A DNA stretch of 64,000 nt. Origin: Chlorokybus atmophyticus (taxonomy: Eukaryota; Plantae; Mesostigma and Chlorokybus algae). Numbering within the stretch: position 1 is the first letter of the stretch; each line of letters begins with the position of its first letter. The notes below the pieces were generated by a model. It made no database searches and was not told the origin of the DNA. It saw nothing but the letters and a program-made list of their open reading frames with translations. Positions 52,433 through 64,000 of this stretch are shown here, in pieces. The translations under genes and the position numbers were made by a program. Location of the stretch: positions 396,003 to 460,002 of the forward strand of contig RHPI01000773.1 in NCBI GenBank assembly GCA_009103225.1, written 5' to 3'.

Positions 52433-54164
52433 CTACAACTCGTCATGCGCAAATGCAGCGTTCGACGCCTGCGCAAGGCTGTCAAATGCGCGGTCCACAT
52501 CGTCATAATACACAGTCTGCCGTGCAATCTGGCCCTTCGTGTTCAGCTCGACTGATGTGAAGGTGCTGAATGCACCCTTGGCGCCGCTCTTCGTGATGAG
52601 GAAGACTGTCTCTTGCCATTTGGTCTTGTTGGCAGCAGCAAACAGCTCATGCTCCTGTATTGACAACCCCATTGATTGTTGACACATGCGCACACCCACG
52701 CACACGCATGCGCACCAAAAGCGGAAACCCAACAAGTACCTTCACGGCAATGTGCTGGACAAGTGCACCAAAGTTGCGCAGCCGCTTCTCCACTTCTTGG
52801 AGGCCTGCATGGTTTCAATTTGCAACAAGTTGGGACTTCAGACACTTGAACACTTCATAACAACTGACCCACAGCAGTACGTTCTGCACAGTGCCCTCAG
52901 AGTTTACGATAAGACACACCTTGCACTGGCTTTGGCTCCTCTCCATAATTCAAGACAACATCCTCAGCATAGTGCTCCAGCACCTCAGTGATTTTCTTCT
53001 CGTCCCCAGATTTTGCCGCGTCCAACCACTTCCCAAGAATGCTCAACACTGGTTCAGCACAAGTCATAGCAGTTAGCATTACATCAACCACAATCAATGA
53101 CACCCACACCCACACCCACACCAGAAACAACAATGACAACGACAACCACCAAGTTTGCGACAATGGTCTTGTTAACGGTCAATGCTCTTCATGCATTGAC
53201 TGTTAACAAGCCAATGCAAGCAGTGCATTGACAGGTGACCAGACCATGCAAGCTTGCAACTCGCTGCAAGAACTCAACAGCACAGACACCCTTTACACCT
53301 TGCATTGCCACATGATCAGCTAGATGCGACAGCTGCTGTGACTACCTGTGGCCTTCAATTTGGTGGCTTCCTTCTCAAGTTTAGCATCCGCATGACTTTT
53401 CTCGCAGCCCAACTCGGCGGCAGGCGCCTCGGGAGAGGCAGCGAGCAGCATCTCATAATCCACCACTTTGCCGTCCTCATCGAGGGTCAGCTCGAACGTG
53501 TTGGACATAATTGTTGAGCAATTCTGCACAAAGAAACAAACACTCTCATCAGGACAACTACGCATATGTACATGCACTTGCACAGTAGACGAGATGCACA
53601 CGTGCTTGCACATGCATGCACGCACATGTGCATTCATACGCCGGCGTGAGTGCCTGTATGTACGTGTGCGCATGCGGACATGCACATCGTTGAGTATTTT
53701 CAATTTGCATGGTAGGAATTCATGTTACCTTATCGGAGTGCATGAACACGTCTGCAGTGAAGGCCACGCTTGTCTGAGCGTAGAAAAGCGGGCTAGTGAT
53801 GCGTACGTTGACGGCGTCCGCATGCGCCAGCCATGGCCTCACAGCCTCCTCAATCTCAGTGACGCCAAGCCTGTGCTGGTGGCCCACATGCGTGAAGGTC
53901 ACAGGCTTGTCCGCTGCAAGAAAAGAAAGAGACATGTTACACACGCAATTCACCAGCATGCCGATTATGTGTTATAGGCACAGGGAAGAGAAAAAGAGCG
54001 TGCTTGCCTGCAAACTGCGAGATGTAATTGTCAAAGTCGGCGGAGTCGAGGGCGGCGACGATATTGTGGGCGCCGTGTTCGAGGAGGGTCTTGGACAGAG
54101 CCTGGGCGGGGGTGCCGCAGCTGGCCAGGAGCAGCACTGCTGCCAGAATAAGGCAAGACACCAT
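52433..54164 (-). CDS. ER-lumen protein: signal peptide, probably two NTF2/SnoaL-like domains, C-terminal HDEL
   Basis: MVSCLILAAVLLLASCGTPAQA signal peptide; six in-phase exons; LEHYAEDVVLNYGEEPKPVQG and VELNTKGQIARQTVYYD resemble SnoaL/NTF2; ends AFAHDEL*. Confidence 0.75.
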
Positions 54165-55986
54165 GACTCCGCCCAAACCTGCCAGCTGCGCCCAACGAAA
54201 CGCACTCGTCAGATATGACCAGCACCGTCAGGACAGAGACAAACTTCACTAGCGCGCACCTGACACAACTTCTTGGCTTGCTGGATGCACTTCTCTCTCG
54301 AGTGCCGCTAACCACACCAAGCAATGCCGCCGTCAACAACAACAACAACAACACCGTCCACAGGACACTGTTAAAGCCGCCACTGCAAAGCCTCTTTCAG
54401 CACAGCGCACCTACCTTGGTAGACCTGCATTGCAGCTACTGTCCTAATTGAGGGATTGCTGCAATGGAACGCAGTGGTTATAGCTTATTTATCAAGGCCA
54501 GGCAAAGTGTCATGAATTGCCGTGAGTTTGGCGCCAAACCGGTCGCTCATCGATTGAGTAGCGTTGCAGTGCATTGATTGATAAACACGGTGTTCATCTG
54601 TTGGTGGTAGAGTGTCAATGGAGTGCATTGCAACGTACTGTTAGGCTGACGTGGCCCGCTGGACTAGAGATGTCTCTGTCGCCTCCGTGCCAGATTGCAT
54701 TGGTACAGCCAGTGCCAGCATTTTGGTTGGCCTGGTAAGCTGCCACAACCTGTGTGGTGCACAGGATGCCTACTGATGGCAGCGGCGAGGCCAGTGGCAG
54801 ATTGCGGCCGTGGAGCCTCCACGGCCGGTGGAGGGCACGGCCTATTTCCCTGGCAGCGGGCACCCTCTGATCAAACAGGCCAAGCGAATCTGATCCGGCA
54901 GGAACTATTGCGCGCCTTGGCCGTAATGATGACAAATCTTGGGAATCGTCCCTAGCAGCTAGGCAAAGGGACTACCTATCGGTGCTGTCCTGGCCTTCGA
55001 CAGACCGGTCCCTAGACCCTAGGGACCGTCGCCGTATCCATCATTGACAGTGCTCACTGTTGCAGCGTATCGGCCGCCGGACGGTATCTGGCGGCTGACG
55101 GTGAAGCCGTAGCTTCGAGCCGCCGTTGATGGAGGATGAACACCCTGATCACGTGATGTGGATACACCTATAGCGAGGTGGTTGCAGATGCTGTTTTCGA
55201 TTCATTACAAGAACAAGAGCATATGGTAAAATAGAGGAGCCCCCGGTAACAAGAGCATAGGGTAAAGCATTGAGGTACACAAGGCCAAACACTCCAACAG
55301 CATGCCGGAATGCAACATGGGCCACGCCCTTTACAGTGCGCTTGCTGCAGGACAACCTGCAAACACGCTACCAGACAGCAATACCTCGTGTCCTAACAGA
55401 GATGCAATGCACTGCTCGCTACTGTATGAACCGCCGTGCTTGAGTCGGCGCTTGGTGATACGTTTGTTTCAAACGCTGTTGTGGCCACATGCAAACCACT
55501 GCGTGCATGTGCATAGGGTATAGACTGTCCGTGAATCTGATGCAAGGCGCACACCCTCAAGCAAACAAGCAAACAACCCAAAAGAATGCACACGCAGGCA
55601 GGAGCAGCACAAGATAATTCATTACCACAGGGGCGCCTACTTAAGTGTTGTAAGTAAGTGAATGCAACGGGGTGGTGAGGAGCAGGCAGAGTTGTCGGGC
55701 AAGCAGACCTGAGCACAGATGCCACAGGCCCACAATGAGAAGTTGGAGGTTGTGGAGGTAGAACAGCAGCAGCAACAGGAAGCAAGGGCAGAAGCAGGGC
55801 GAGGAGGGGGTGCAATGTGCTGTGCTGTGCTGCCGAATGAGGGGTGGTGCCGCCACTTTGCTGCTTGGCAGGTCCTTGTCGTGGTGTAAGACCATCACAC
55901 AGTTCGCCAGCAACCGGGTGCAGGCTGTTGCAGCACCACTCACAACTGCAACGATTAGAATATGATATGATAGAACTGAGGGCACT

Positions 55987-56191
55987 ACAGAATCAGGGCT
56001 GCATGCACTCAACTTCAAAGCACCAGCACTTGCATTCATGCACAGCCATGTGACAGAATCAGGGCTGGCACTCAACTTGAAAGCACAGCACCAGCACATG
56101 CATTCATGCTTAGCCATGTGACAGAATTAGCGGTGCTGGCACTTGACTTGCAAGCACAGCACCAGCACCTGCATTCGTGCACATCCATGTG
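55987..56191. repeat. Three-copy ~66-71 bp minisatellite
   Basis: ACAGAAT...GCACCAGCAC.TGCATTC.TGC...CCATGTG units start at 55987, 56053 and 56121. Confidence 0.88.
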
Positions 56192-56658
56192 AGCCAACAT
56201 ATAACATGTGCGGGCAGTGAAACAACTGCTCCCCGCACAATACACGTTAACGTTAGGTCACTTACCTCACAGGGTATGCATAGTAGTCATTCCAAACGTC
56301 ACACACATGCTCATACAAGCAAATGCATGCAAACGGGTGGTTGCCCACAGCCACAATAGCACGCTTGCTCAGTAGCGTCAACATTGGTCAGCAAGGTTGC
56401 AAGCGAATGCCCACAATCGGCGAGTCGAGTACTAGTGGTGGCCCACTGGTGAGTACCTTTCCACACATTGGCACGCAGGCTACATATCCACAATACTATA
56501 CTTTATGGCTACAACCAGTGGACATGTGCAGAGGCTGAGTTGCATTGCACTTGCCTTTGCTGTGCATAACGCAGTAATAACCTACCTGCATGGTTGGCAT
56601 CATGTTGAGACCCAGACTCAGCCCAACTAGTAGCTGCATAATAGGCGATCAATCCAGG

Positions 56659-59600
56659 CTATTGGACAGGTAACGGTCGTCCACGTGGAGGTGTTGGAGG
56701 CCGCTCATCATTCACGTCCTGAGGCCCACATGTTGAGTGAGCATGCAATACCAGCTTGGCAGTATGACAAGCATTCGGCACAGTTACACAAACCTGCATC
56801 CAGATGTCTGCTGTGTGGCGGGCACAACTGTTGGGCAAGACAGCAGGGGAGGTAACCCTGACAGCCGGCGGCAATGGGTGTATCAACTTTGGGACAACGA
56901 CCAAGTCCCTACCCAAAACCAGAATGGCGCCAGCATTGTTCGCTGTCCCGCAGTAGTTGGTCGCAGAAAAGACTGTGATCAGATGCCCTTGAGCAAACCG
57001 CTCAAAGCCGTCCATTACGCACTCGTGGGCGCGCACAATTAGCTGCACATCATTCACAGCGCAGAAGTGTCTGACTCGGTCCGGACCAAAACTCACAAGG
57101 CCCGCGCCTCTTGAGTTGGGCTGCACGCCTTCAACATGGTCGTTCTCTGTTGGGTCAGACCACAATAAATCCATCAATTGCACTCCACCATCTCGCATCC
57201 TGAGTGGCCGTTGAATCTCCTCTATTTGTGATATCCTGCACCAGCATAACTTTTCAGCATTTCAGGCTGTCAGCGGGTGCCATTGGGTTGTATGCATTGA
57301 GCAAAAACAAATGCAACTGTACCTGTCAATGGAGCGGCCAACCCCGCCATGCATGCACATGATTTTGCCTTCAATCAATGCAGCGAGCGGCAACCAATTG
57401 AACAAGCGGTTAAAACGCCTCCATGCCTGCGGTTGACAGTTATCTCAATGAGTGATGCCAGTATAAACTAGAATGCTCCTGGTGGACTGCCAACATGCAA
57501 GCACAAAGCACTATGACCTTGACGCACCTCTAAACCTTCGGTTTCACCCATGCGCTCAACACATTCTGTTCTGAAGCCAAACAATTTGTTGATGCTCTTC
57601 TCTTCGTGGTTGCCTCGTATGAGATGGACAGTGTGAGGGTGTTCGATCTTCAGCGCTAGCAGAAGGCTAATGGTTTCCAAGGAGTAAGCACCGCGGTCAA
57701 CATAATCACCCAGAAACAGGTAGTCTATGTACTTGATGTCGCCGCTGGTGTCTGGACAACCGTACTCCTGGAAGAATCGCATGAGATCCCCAAATTGCCT
57801 GCGCAGTCAAAAGTGTATGAGATATGCAAGTTAACAAGTTTCCTGGTAGGCTCAATTTGCGAGAAGGATTGTTGCAGTATGGCCACTCGCTGGATGCATG
57901 GCACATACCCATGCAAATCGCCAAAAATCTTGATGGGAGCTCGCAATTTCAGCACGTTGGGCTCATCTGCAGCAAGACGTAATCTATCAGGCAACAGATG
58001 AGCAGCGTGAGGGCAGTAAGCCTCCCCTGTGCTGGTATTGTACCTTTCATTATTCTCTCTGCCGCTGTGCACAGCTCGTCCACCTGAGCAGCACTGAGGA
58101 AGAACTGTCTATGCGGCGGTGGTGCCCATTGGCGCGGTTCCAGCAACTTGTGAAGCACGGTCTTATGAACCCCCTGTAAAGAGTTGAGCCGCTCCAGCAT
58201 GGGGCTATCTAGACCCAAGCTGCGCCTGGCCAAATCCTGTCCTTCTGACTGCTGCGACCCCATACTGACTCTGCGCGCCTCATTCTCAAACTGATCCAAT
58301 GATAGCTGGCGGATAACACTGCCCAACGGCCCACCATCTGCTGCGATAACCACCTGCCACAACACGATCAACATGTCATTAACCTTGGCAGACTCAGCAC
58401 TGTCTTGTACAGCTCAATACAGACACTGAGCTGAGCTGCAAGGATAGCACACATACACATGCTGCCCATAACCTGGTCGTGCAATAACATACCGCGCGAT
58501 GATGCAGGCGGACCCCGGGAACCGAACCCCGCGAAGTGACTGGCGTCTTCGTGCCACCTTCAGATGCAGGAGATGCGATCTCGCTTGGAAGCGGAGGGGT
58601 TACTGGCCTCTCGAGAGGCATGCCAGCACTCATTGCAATGGTGCGAGCCGCTTCAGCCTCCTCCCGAGCAACAGCCTCCAGCCTGAAAGACAGACAGCAA
58701 TGATGTCGCTATTAGATTGCCAACCTCTCCCACGAAGCCATAAGCTCAGCGTCATGCACTGGGGACGAATGTATGATGTGGTCGAAAATTACAGCATGCA
58801 CCGCAAATTGCTGCCAAAAACAGTTTCGCAAAAGACACTTTGCAAATTATGCAGAAGGGGCATATGCATACCTCGCATCGGCTACAGGAGAAGGCTCCGC
58901 TTCTTGCATGTCGCCGTCAGGGCTGCTTGCTGCAGACACTGACTGATCGTCACCCCACATCGTGTCCATCAGCAAGTCACCAGCTGGCGTAGAAGTGAAT
59001 TCTCAGCTCCCTCATTTACTCTCATAATGAGTGATGACAAGCAGCGACTCGTTTGCATGCTGCTACACACTGCAACATGGGCATTGCATGACCACAACCA
59101 GTTGCCAGAGGCTGCAACAGCTTATCTAGTAAGCTCTACTCAGCAGTGGCACATCATGCCACACAGACTAGCCTTATGCCCACAGCATGCATGTAACCTG
59201 CGACCACACGCCAAACATGACCATGAAGGGAGCAAAACTAAGCGTGCTGAACGCAAGTAACATGTGTTGAGGTGCCCAAGCTTTACTAGCCAGAGATAGA
59301 ATATCTACTGATTATGTTTTTTGTCATTTGTGGGAACGTGGCCTCAAAGCTGACTCTGCTGTCGATGCAAGTGTCATAAACGGCAAGCATCAACTTGCTG
59401 CGTAGATTACCTGCGTTCAAGCCACCATAAACAATCACGCCACACCCAAACTCTTCATCCTCCACGGATGCAGCAGCATGCCGGCATCGACCAGCAGTGC
59501 TGCTGCTTCCATTGGCCCAAGCTCCTATGCTTGTGTCAAGTACTGCGTAGCGATTTGGAGCGTTAAGCAGTGGGTACAACTTGGAGACCGACCCTGACAA

Positions 59601-61651
59601 CAAGTCTATACGTCACCTGCAGTGTGGCCAGCACTCATCACCAATCGATTGCCAGTGCACGCTCCCCCTTGCACATGCAGTCGAGGGCCAACAAACGCCT
59701 GCCAACCCGTGTCACGATACAGCTACTACTGGTAGACAGAGGCATCAACACACCAGTCAAAGTACTCTGGTACCGCGCTGTGCTGAAACCGAGGGACAGG
59801 TGCTGACCCTGGGGCAACTCCCCACTCCCATCTGGCATCACGATGCCGAGCAAGGCCATATGCATCTCCAAGAGGCTGTAAACGCAACAAGGAATACGTC
59901 AGGTTACATGTTGGCAAACAACTTGCGCACAGGTGAACAGTCCCATCATCGTATCCCATCCATTGTATACGATTGCAACCTTCTGTATACAAGAATGGTA
60001 ATAAAACAACAGTCAACAGTATACTCTTCTGCCCTGAGGTACGAGGTCACTGACCTGATGCAATGCAATTGTTGCTGCTAGTAATTGTCTCAAACACACA
60101 CAGGCACTGGCAGGTTGTTGCCGCACTAGGCTGTGGTAGGCTCACAGAGCGCTGTGTACACTGGTCACTTGCTGTCCAGCACTGAGGTCACACAGGTCTG
60201 TATGAAACTATATGCAGACAGTAGACAGTATTCCCTTGGCTACAACTTCGACGTGACAGCGTTGCATTGACATGCTTGAAAATCTCGGTTACCAACCGAC
60301 TGACAATCAAAGGCAGGTTGTATGCAAAACAATCTGACATGGAATGAAAACCCACCACTCCTGAAGCATCTCGGCCTCCAAACAGCAGCAAGAGACCATC
60401 TGCCCTCGCTGACGCCGTTGCATACATGCGCGCGCATGGCAAAGGTCCAACAGGCTGCACCTCCGTCCATTGGTATGGCTTGGTGGCTGTATCCAATACC
60501 CACAAGTCTGCCAAGACTGTGTTGCCTGTTGGGAAGATATGTGTTCATCCAAGCTGCTGTGCATGGCTTGTGCTGACTGAGGAGTCTATGAGCAATGAGG
60601 ACTCACCGTCATGGCCTCCAAAGCAGACAACGAACCGCCGGTTAACCAATGAGAGCGTGTGTGCATACCGCGAACCTGGTCCTCGCCCTGAAGCTGCAAC
60701 CCTGCCAAATAGCAGTTGGAGGACAGAACGCACAGAACCTCCCACATGTTGCGCTAACAAGGTGGATGGTGTGCTATGAGCAGATATCTGTCACTCATCG
60801 CGGTGCATACAGGCATTGCTGCACACATGCAAGCTAACGAGAACTCAGTTCAACAGGAACTGCTTACTTGTGCCAGCGCCCGCCAGCACAATTTAAGTCT
60901 AATACATAGAGGTCCTCCGGTGCGAGCCCGTTGGGACCTATGCCACCCTGACAGCGAAAAAGTGTAAGAACTACCGCTCCAGCACAACTTGCAGCAAGAG
61001 ACACCGCAGGGCGAATCTTGCCTGCACAACAAGCATGTTGCCCACAGCACAAGCCGCATGCGCAGCACGCGGTGAAGGAACATCGCCAACAGGATGAAGC
61101 CTGCCAGCAGCAAGTGGTCCATCACTGATGAGCCTACCAAACGTCGCTGACCGCATGTGACTTTATACCTTTGCCAGGATTTACCACGAACATCCAGCAC
61201 ATGCACATCAGTTGTAGCGCCTGCTAGCCCTGCGTCGCAACAAACAAATCATGCGCATGCTTCAACATGACAAATGCAGACGCTTGCATGTTATGCACAT
61301 GCACTGATTTTGACAGCTTGCACAGCAACAGCGCTCACTTATTGAACCCGACTGCGATAGATCCTTTGCTTCCAGTGCCGTCGCACCACCGAACAGAACA
61401 AGGCGTGGACGGCCAGTAGAGTCCGCAGCCGTTGACAAGGAGTGACCACATCTGACAAGTATCAAATTACAGTGAGCATGATGTCGTTACTGTCTTGCAT
61501 TCACTGTTTAGCACACAAGCAGCGAGTCTTGCAATGCGCACATTATACACATATGTCATGCTGTTGCAACAATCACAGACCTGGGCCCGGGAGAGTCGCC
61601 AACGGCGTCCAAGGGACGCAGATCCGCCGCTGGCTCCGGATTGGCCGCCAT
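56659..61651 (-). CDS. BSL: Protein phosphatase with Kelch-like repeats (PPKL, BSU1/BSL family)
   Basis: Start MAANPEP...GDSPGPR|CGHSL. Kelch exons: [55 protein letters not shown] motifs: [40 protein letters not shown]-terminal WMQ|[13 protein letters not shown]. Confidence 0.96.
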
Positions 61652-64000
61652 AACTTGGCGGCCAAAGCAGGCGAGCGACGAGCCGCTGAGACTATCTGAC
61701 TTCGGGTTGGTGCCGCAACAGCAAGCGCTCCATTGTCTAGTAACAAGTTTTACAAGGCCACCAGAACCCTAGTCACCATTGAGTCCTGCATTGGGTGCCA
61801 AGCTCCTTGCAGCTGCTTTCTTCCCCGCCTCTTCCGCAGAGACTCGTTCAAACAACAAGGACCACGTGGCTCTCAGCAGCATGCAAGCACTGCGCTATTG
61901 GTCTGCTCGACAAACAATCAGCCCAACAAGTCACGGCCGCTGCAGCTGTTTGCTATGTGCGCAACACAACACGACACCGCAAGCCGCCCAAAAGCTAACC
62001 CGCCCTCCGCACACACAACCAAGCTTGCTGCAGGTCTAACCTGCAGCAAACTTCACTACCGACACACTGCGGCAACCAGCAACAGCACGTCTCTTTCCCT
62101 GTCCTCCTCGTCCTGCTCCTCCTCCTGCTGCTCCTCCTCCGCCGCCACCGCGGCCGCTGCCCGCCAAAGCGTGTCCGTCACGGGTCTGAATTTAGACAAT
62201 AGCGCTGAAAACTTTCCACTGGATATCCATGAAAACGGCTGCTACAAAGTTCAAACCGGGCAAACCGCAGCTTGGATGCTTGAAATAATTTACGCACGCG
62301 CAGCGTCATGCCGATGACGGCACCCAGCGTCACGCTTGATTTTGGAAGGGTCACTCTGTGGCGCCAAGCGTGACGCTGGATGCACGACCGACCTTACACG
62401 CAAGTTGTTGCGCCTGCTTGCTGGATAGCGGTTGGTGCTTGAAGTAAACTGCTTGTGTTTAGGGGTGACTGCGGAGCAGCACTACCGTTTCTTGGTCGTG
62501 GATGTTGACAAGCAGGTGGTTCCTGCGCATACTACGTGCAGTTTAGGCAAAGACATCAGCATGAGTATGAGACTGTTTCGCTCTCATATGCAGTGCATGC
62601 CTGCAAACAGCAAAGACTGCAGATAGCCCAGCCTGATTGCATTTGCGAGTCGGGTACATGGCTGAGATGGAGGAGCCAACGGGGTTTGATGCTCTCGAAG
62701 ATCCGGCGTTGCCGGTGGAGCAAATACAGGTGCACCCGTCAGTCATACCAAGTGCACTTTGCGTTTCTGAGCGTGCGCTCTCACAATGAACAGTGATTGG
62801 CAGAAACCTTTATGCTGACTTGTAATCTCGCATCTATGCCGTAGCACAACCCCCCCTCCCNNNNNNNNNNNNNNNNNNNNNNNNNNNNNNNNNNNNNNNN
62901 NNNNNNNNNNNNNNNNNNNNNNNNNNNNNNNNNNNNNNNNNNNNNNNNNNNNNNNNNNNNNNNNNNNNNNNNNNNNNNNNNNNNNNNNNNNNNNNNNNNN
63001 NNNNNNNNNNNNNNNNNNNNNNNNNNCCCTCCCCGCCCCCTTGGTTGCTTGCAATTGCAAGGCCTGTCACCACATCATGCAAGACTGCATCACGGCATGA
63101 GCGTGCGCTTGGCAATACAGGTGTGTTTACGAACAGATATGCTGCGTCGTGTCAGGCTCAGTCAGGCGTGCTTGTGTAAGAATTGGAAGAATGCCACACG
63201 ACGGCTCACATCGTACACTCACACAGGAGGCTTTTGCGCGTGCAATGGTGGAAAGCGTGGAGAGCGAGCGCTCCCCACATGAACGCAGCGATGCGTCCAG
63301 CCCAGAACCTTGTTCACCCTTTGAGTAAGCATGTTGCTGAAGCTATCAGCATTGCATGCGCATTGGCGCACCTTAAAGGCTGCGCCAAGAAGTATCCGGC
63401 CTGAATTTGACATTCACTCACTCCTTGCAGCTCCCAACGAAGCAACAAGCAGTCTCCTGCAACAACGCGTCGCTCTCCGCGGGGGCCAATGAGCCTCGCC
63501 ATGCGTGCGGCAATGCAGCGTTCAGCCACGCAAAGGGCCAAGTCACCTGAGCCGGTAACAGCATGCCAGTGCAGAAGCATGCACTGAGTAGATACACATT
63601 GCGCATCACGTAAAAGGTCTTTTGCTTGCAGCTACCAAGTCCAACAAAACCACCGCCTGTGGCAGCTGATGTGCTTGAAGTGATAAAGGGTGCTCACACA
63701 TGGGAACCTGAGAGTGCCAGCCCTGCGCTTCGGTCTCTGGTATGAGCTAAGACTATGACACAATGCATGATAATGCATTGGCCTTTTGACTTTGACATTA
63801 GCCATTTTTTTGGCGTGTACTATGCACAACATGTATGCTGTTAGCTGTATCTATGGCGCATGGAATGCTTCGCGATATGCTTGTCGTCCAATACAGTAAT
63901 CTGTCAGCCCGTGCTCCCCATGGCAGGGGTCCTTGGATGGCTTTGACCTGCTGGCACGCATCGACAATGGCACCCTTGAACTTCCAATCTCAGATGATAA

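Noticed and set aside
54600-56120. ORFs 54615-54935, 54695-54955, 55393-55815 and 55641-56117
   Set aside because: No recognisable motifs; the signal-peptide-like ORF lacks an ATG, and no consistent exon chain was found.
51744-56191. Tandem repeats at 39083, 51744 and 55987 as possible CRISPR-like arrays
   Set aside because: They have no unique spacers, only 2-3 adjacent copies, a eukaryotic context and no cas genes.
61760-63700. Possible 3' part of another minus-strand gene (Glu- or Gly-rich exon ~62040-62190; exons ~63270-63480)
   Set aside because: Splice-like sites exist, but no consistent frame or family could be established, and a gap interrupts the region.
143-64000. Most ORF-track entries rich in C/V/H/T/A/R (e.g. 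7448-8599, 23098-23616, 31360-31929)
   Set aside because: They are translations of TG/CA microsatellite introns, antisense shadows or N gaps, with no protein motifs.

Overview
Eukaryotic, intron-rich genomic DNA, most likely from a green alga (Viridiplantae). This is inferred from a BSU1/BSL-type Kelch phosphatase, a plant-type DUF1537-kinase/class II aldolase fusion, a chromovirus and TG/CA-microsatellite introns. The ORF track is mostly uninformative, so genes were assembled by hand from splice sites and protein motifs; exon borders are manual and approximate. In order, the window holds: a partial C2-domain gene (-), an SDR (+), a CCCH zinc-finger gene (+), dephospho-CoA kinase (-), an ABM-like dimeric barrel gene (+), a CPYC glutaredoxin (-), a LITAF-like protein (+), a frameshift-riddled four-carbon-acid-sugar-kinase/class II aldolase pseudogene (-), two tandem paralogous coiled-coil genes ending in a MinD-like amphipathic motif (-), a full-length decayed Ty3/gypsy chromovirus (38292-45247, 5-bp TSD), two unknown membrane-protein genes (-), an HDEL-terminated NTF2/SnoaL-like protein (-) and a Kelch-PPP phosphatase (-). 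The most notable observations are: a degenerate adenine-methyltransferase-like segment between gag and protease in the retroelement; a hairpin array in its LTRs; the coiled-coil pair with membrane-targeting tails and reciprocal intron differences; and an apparent excess of GC-AG introns. Six N gaps limit some calls. No database searches were run; family assignments rest on recalled motifs.
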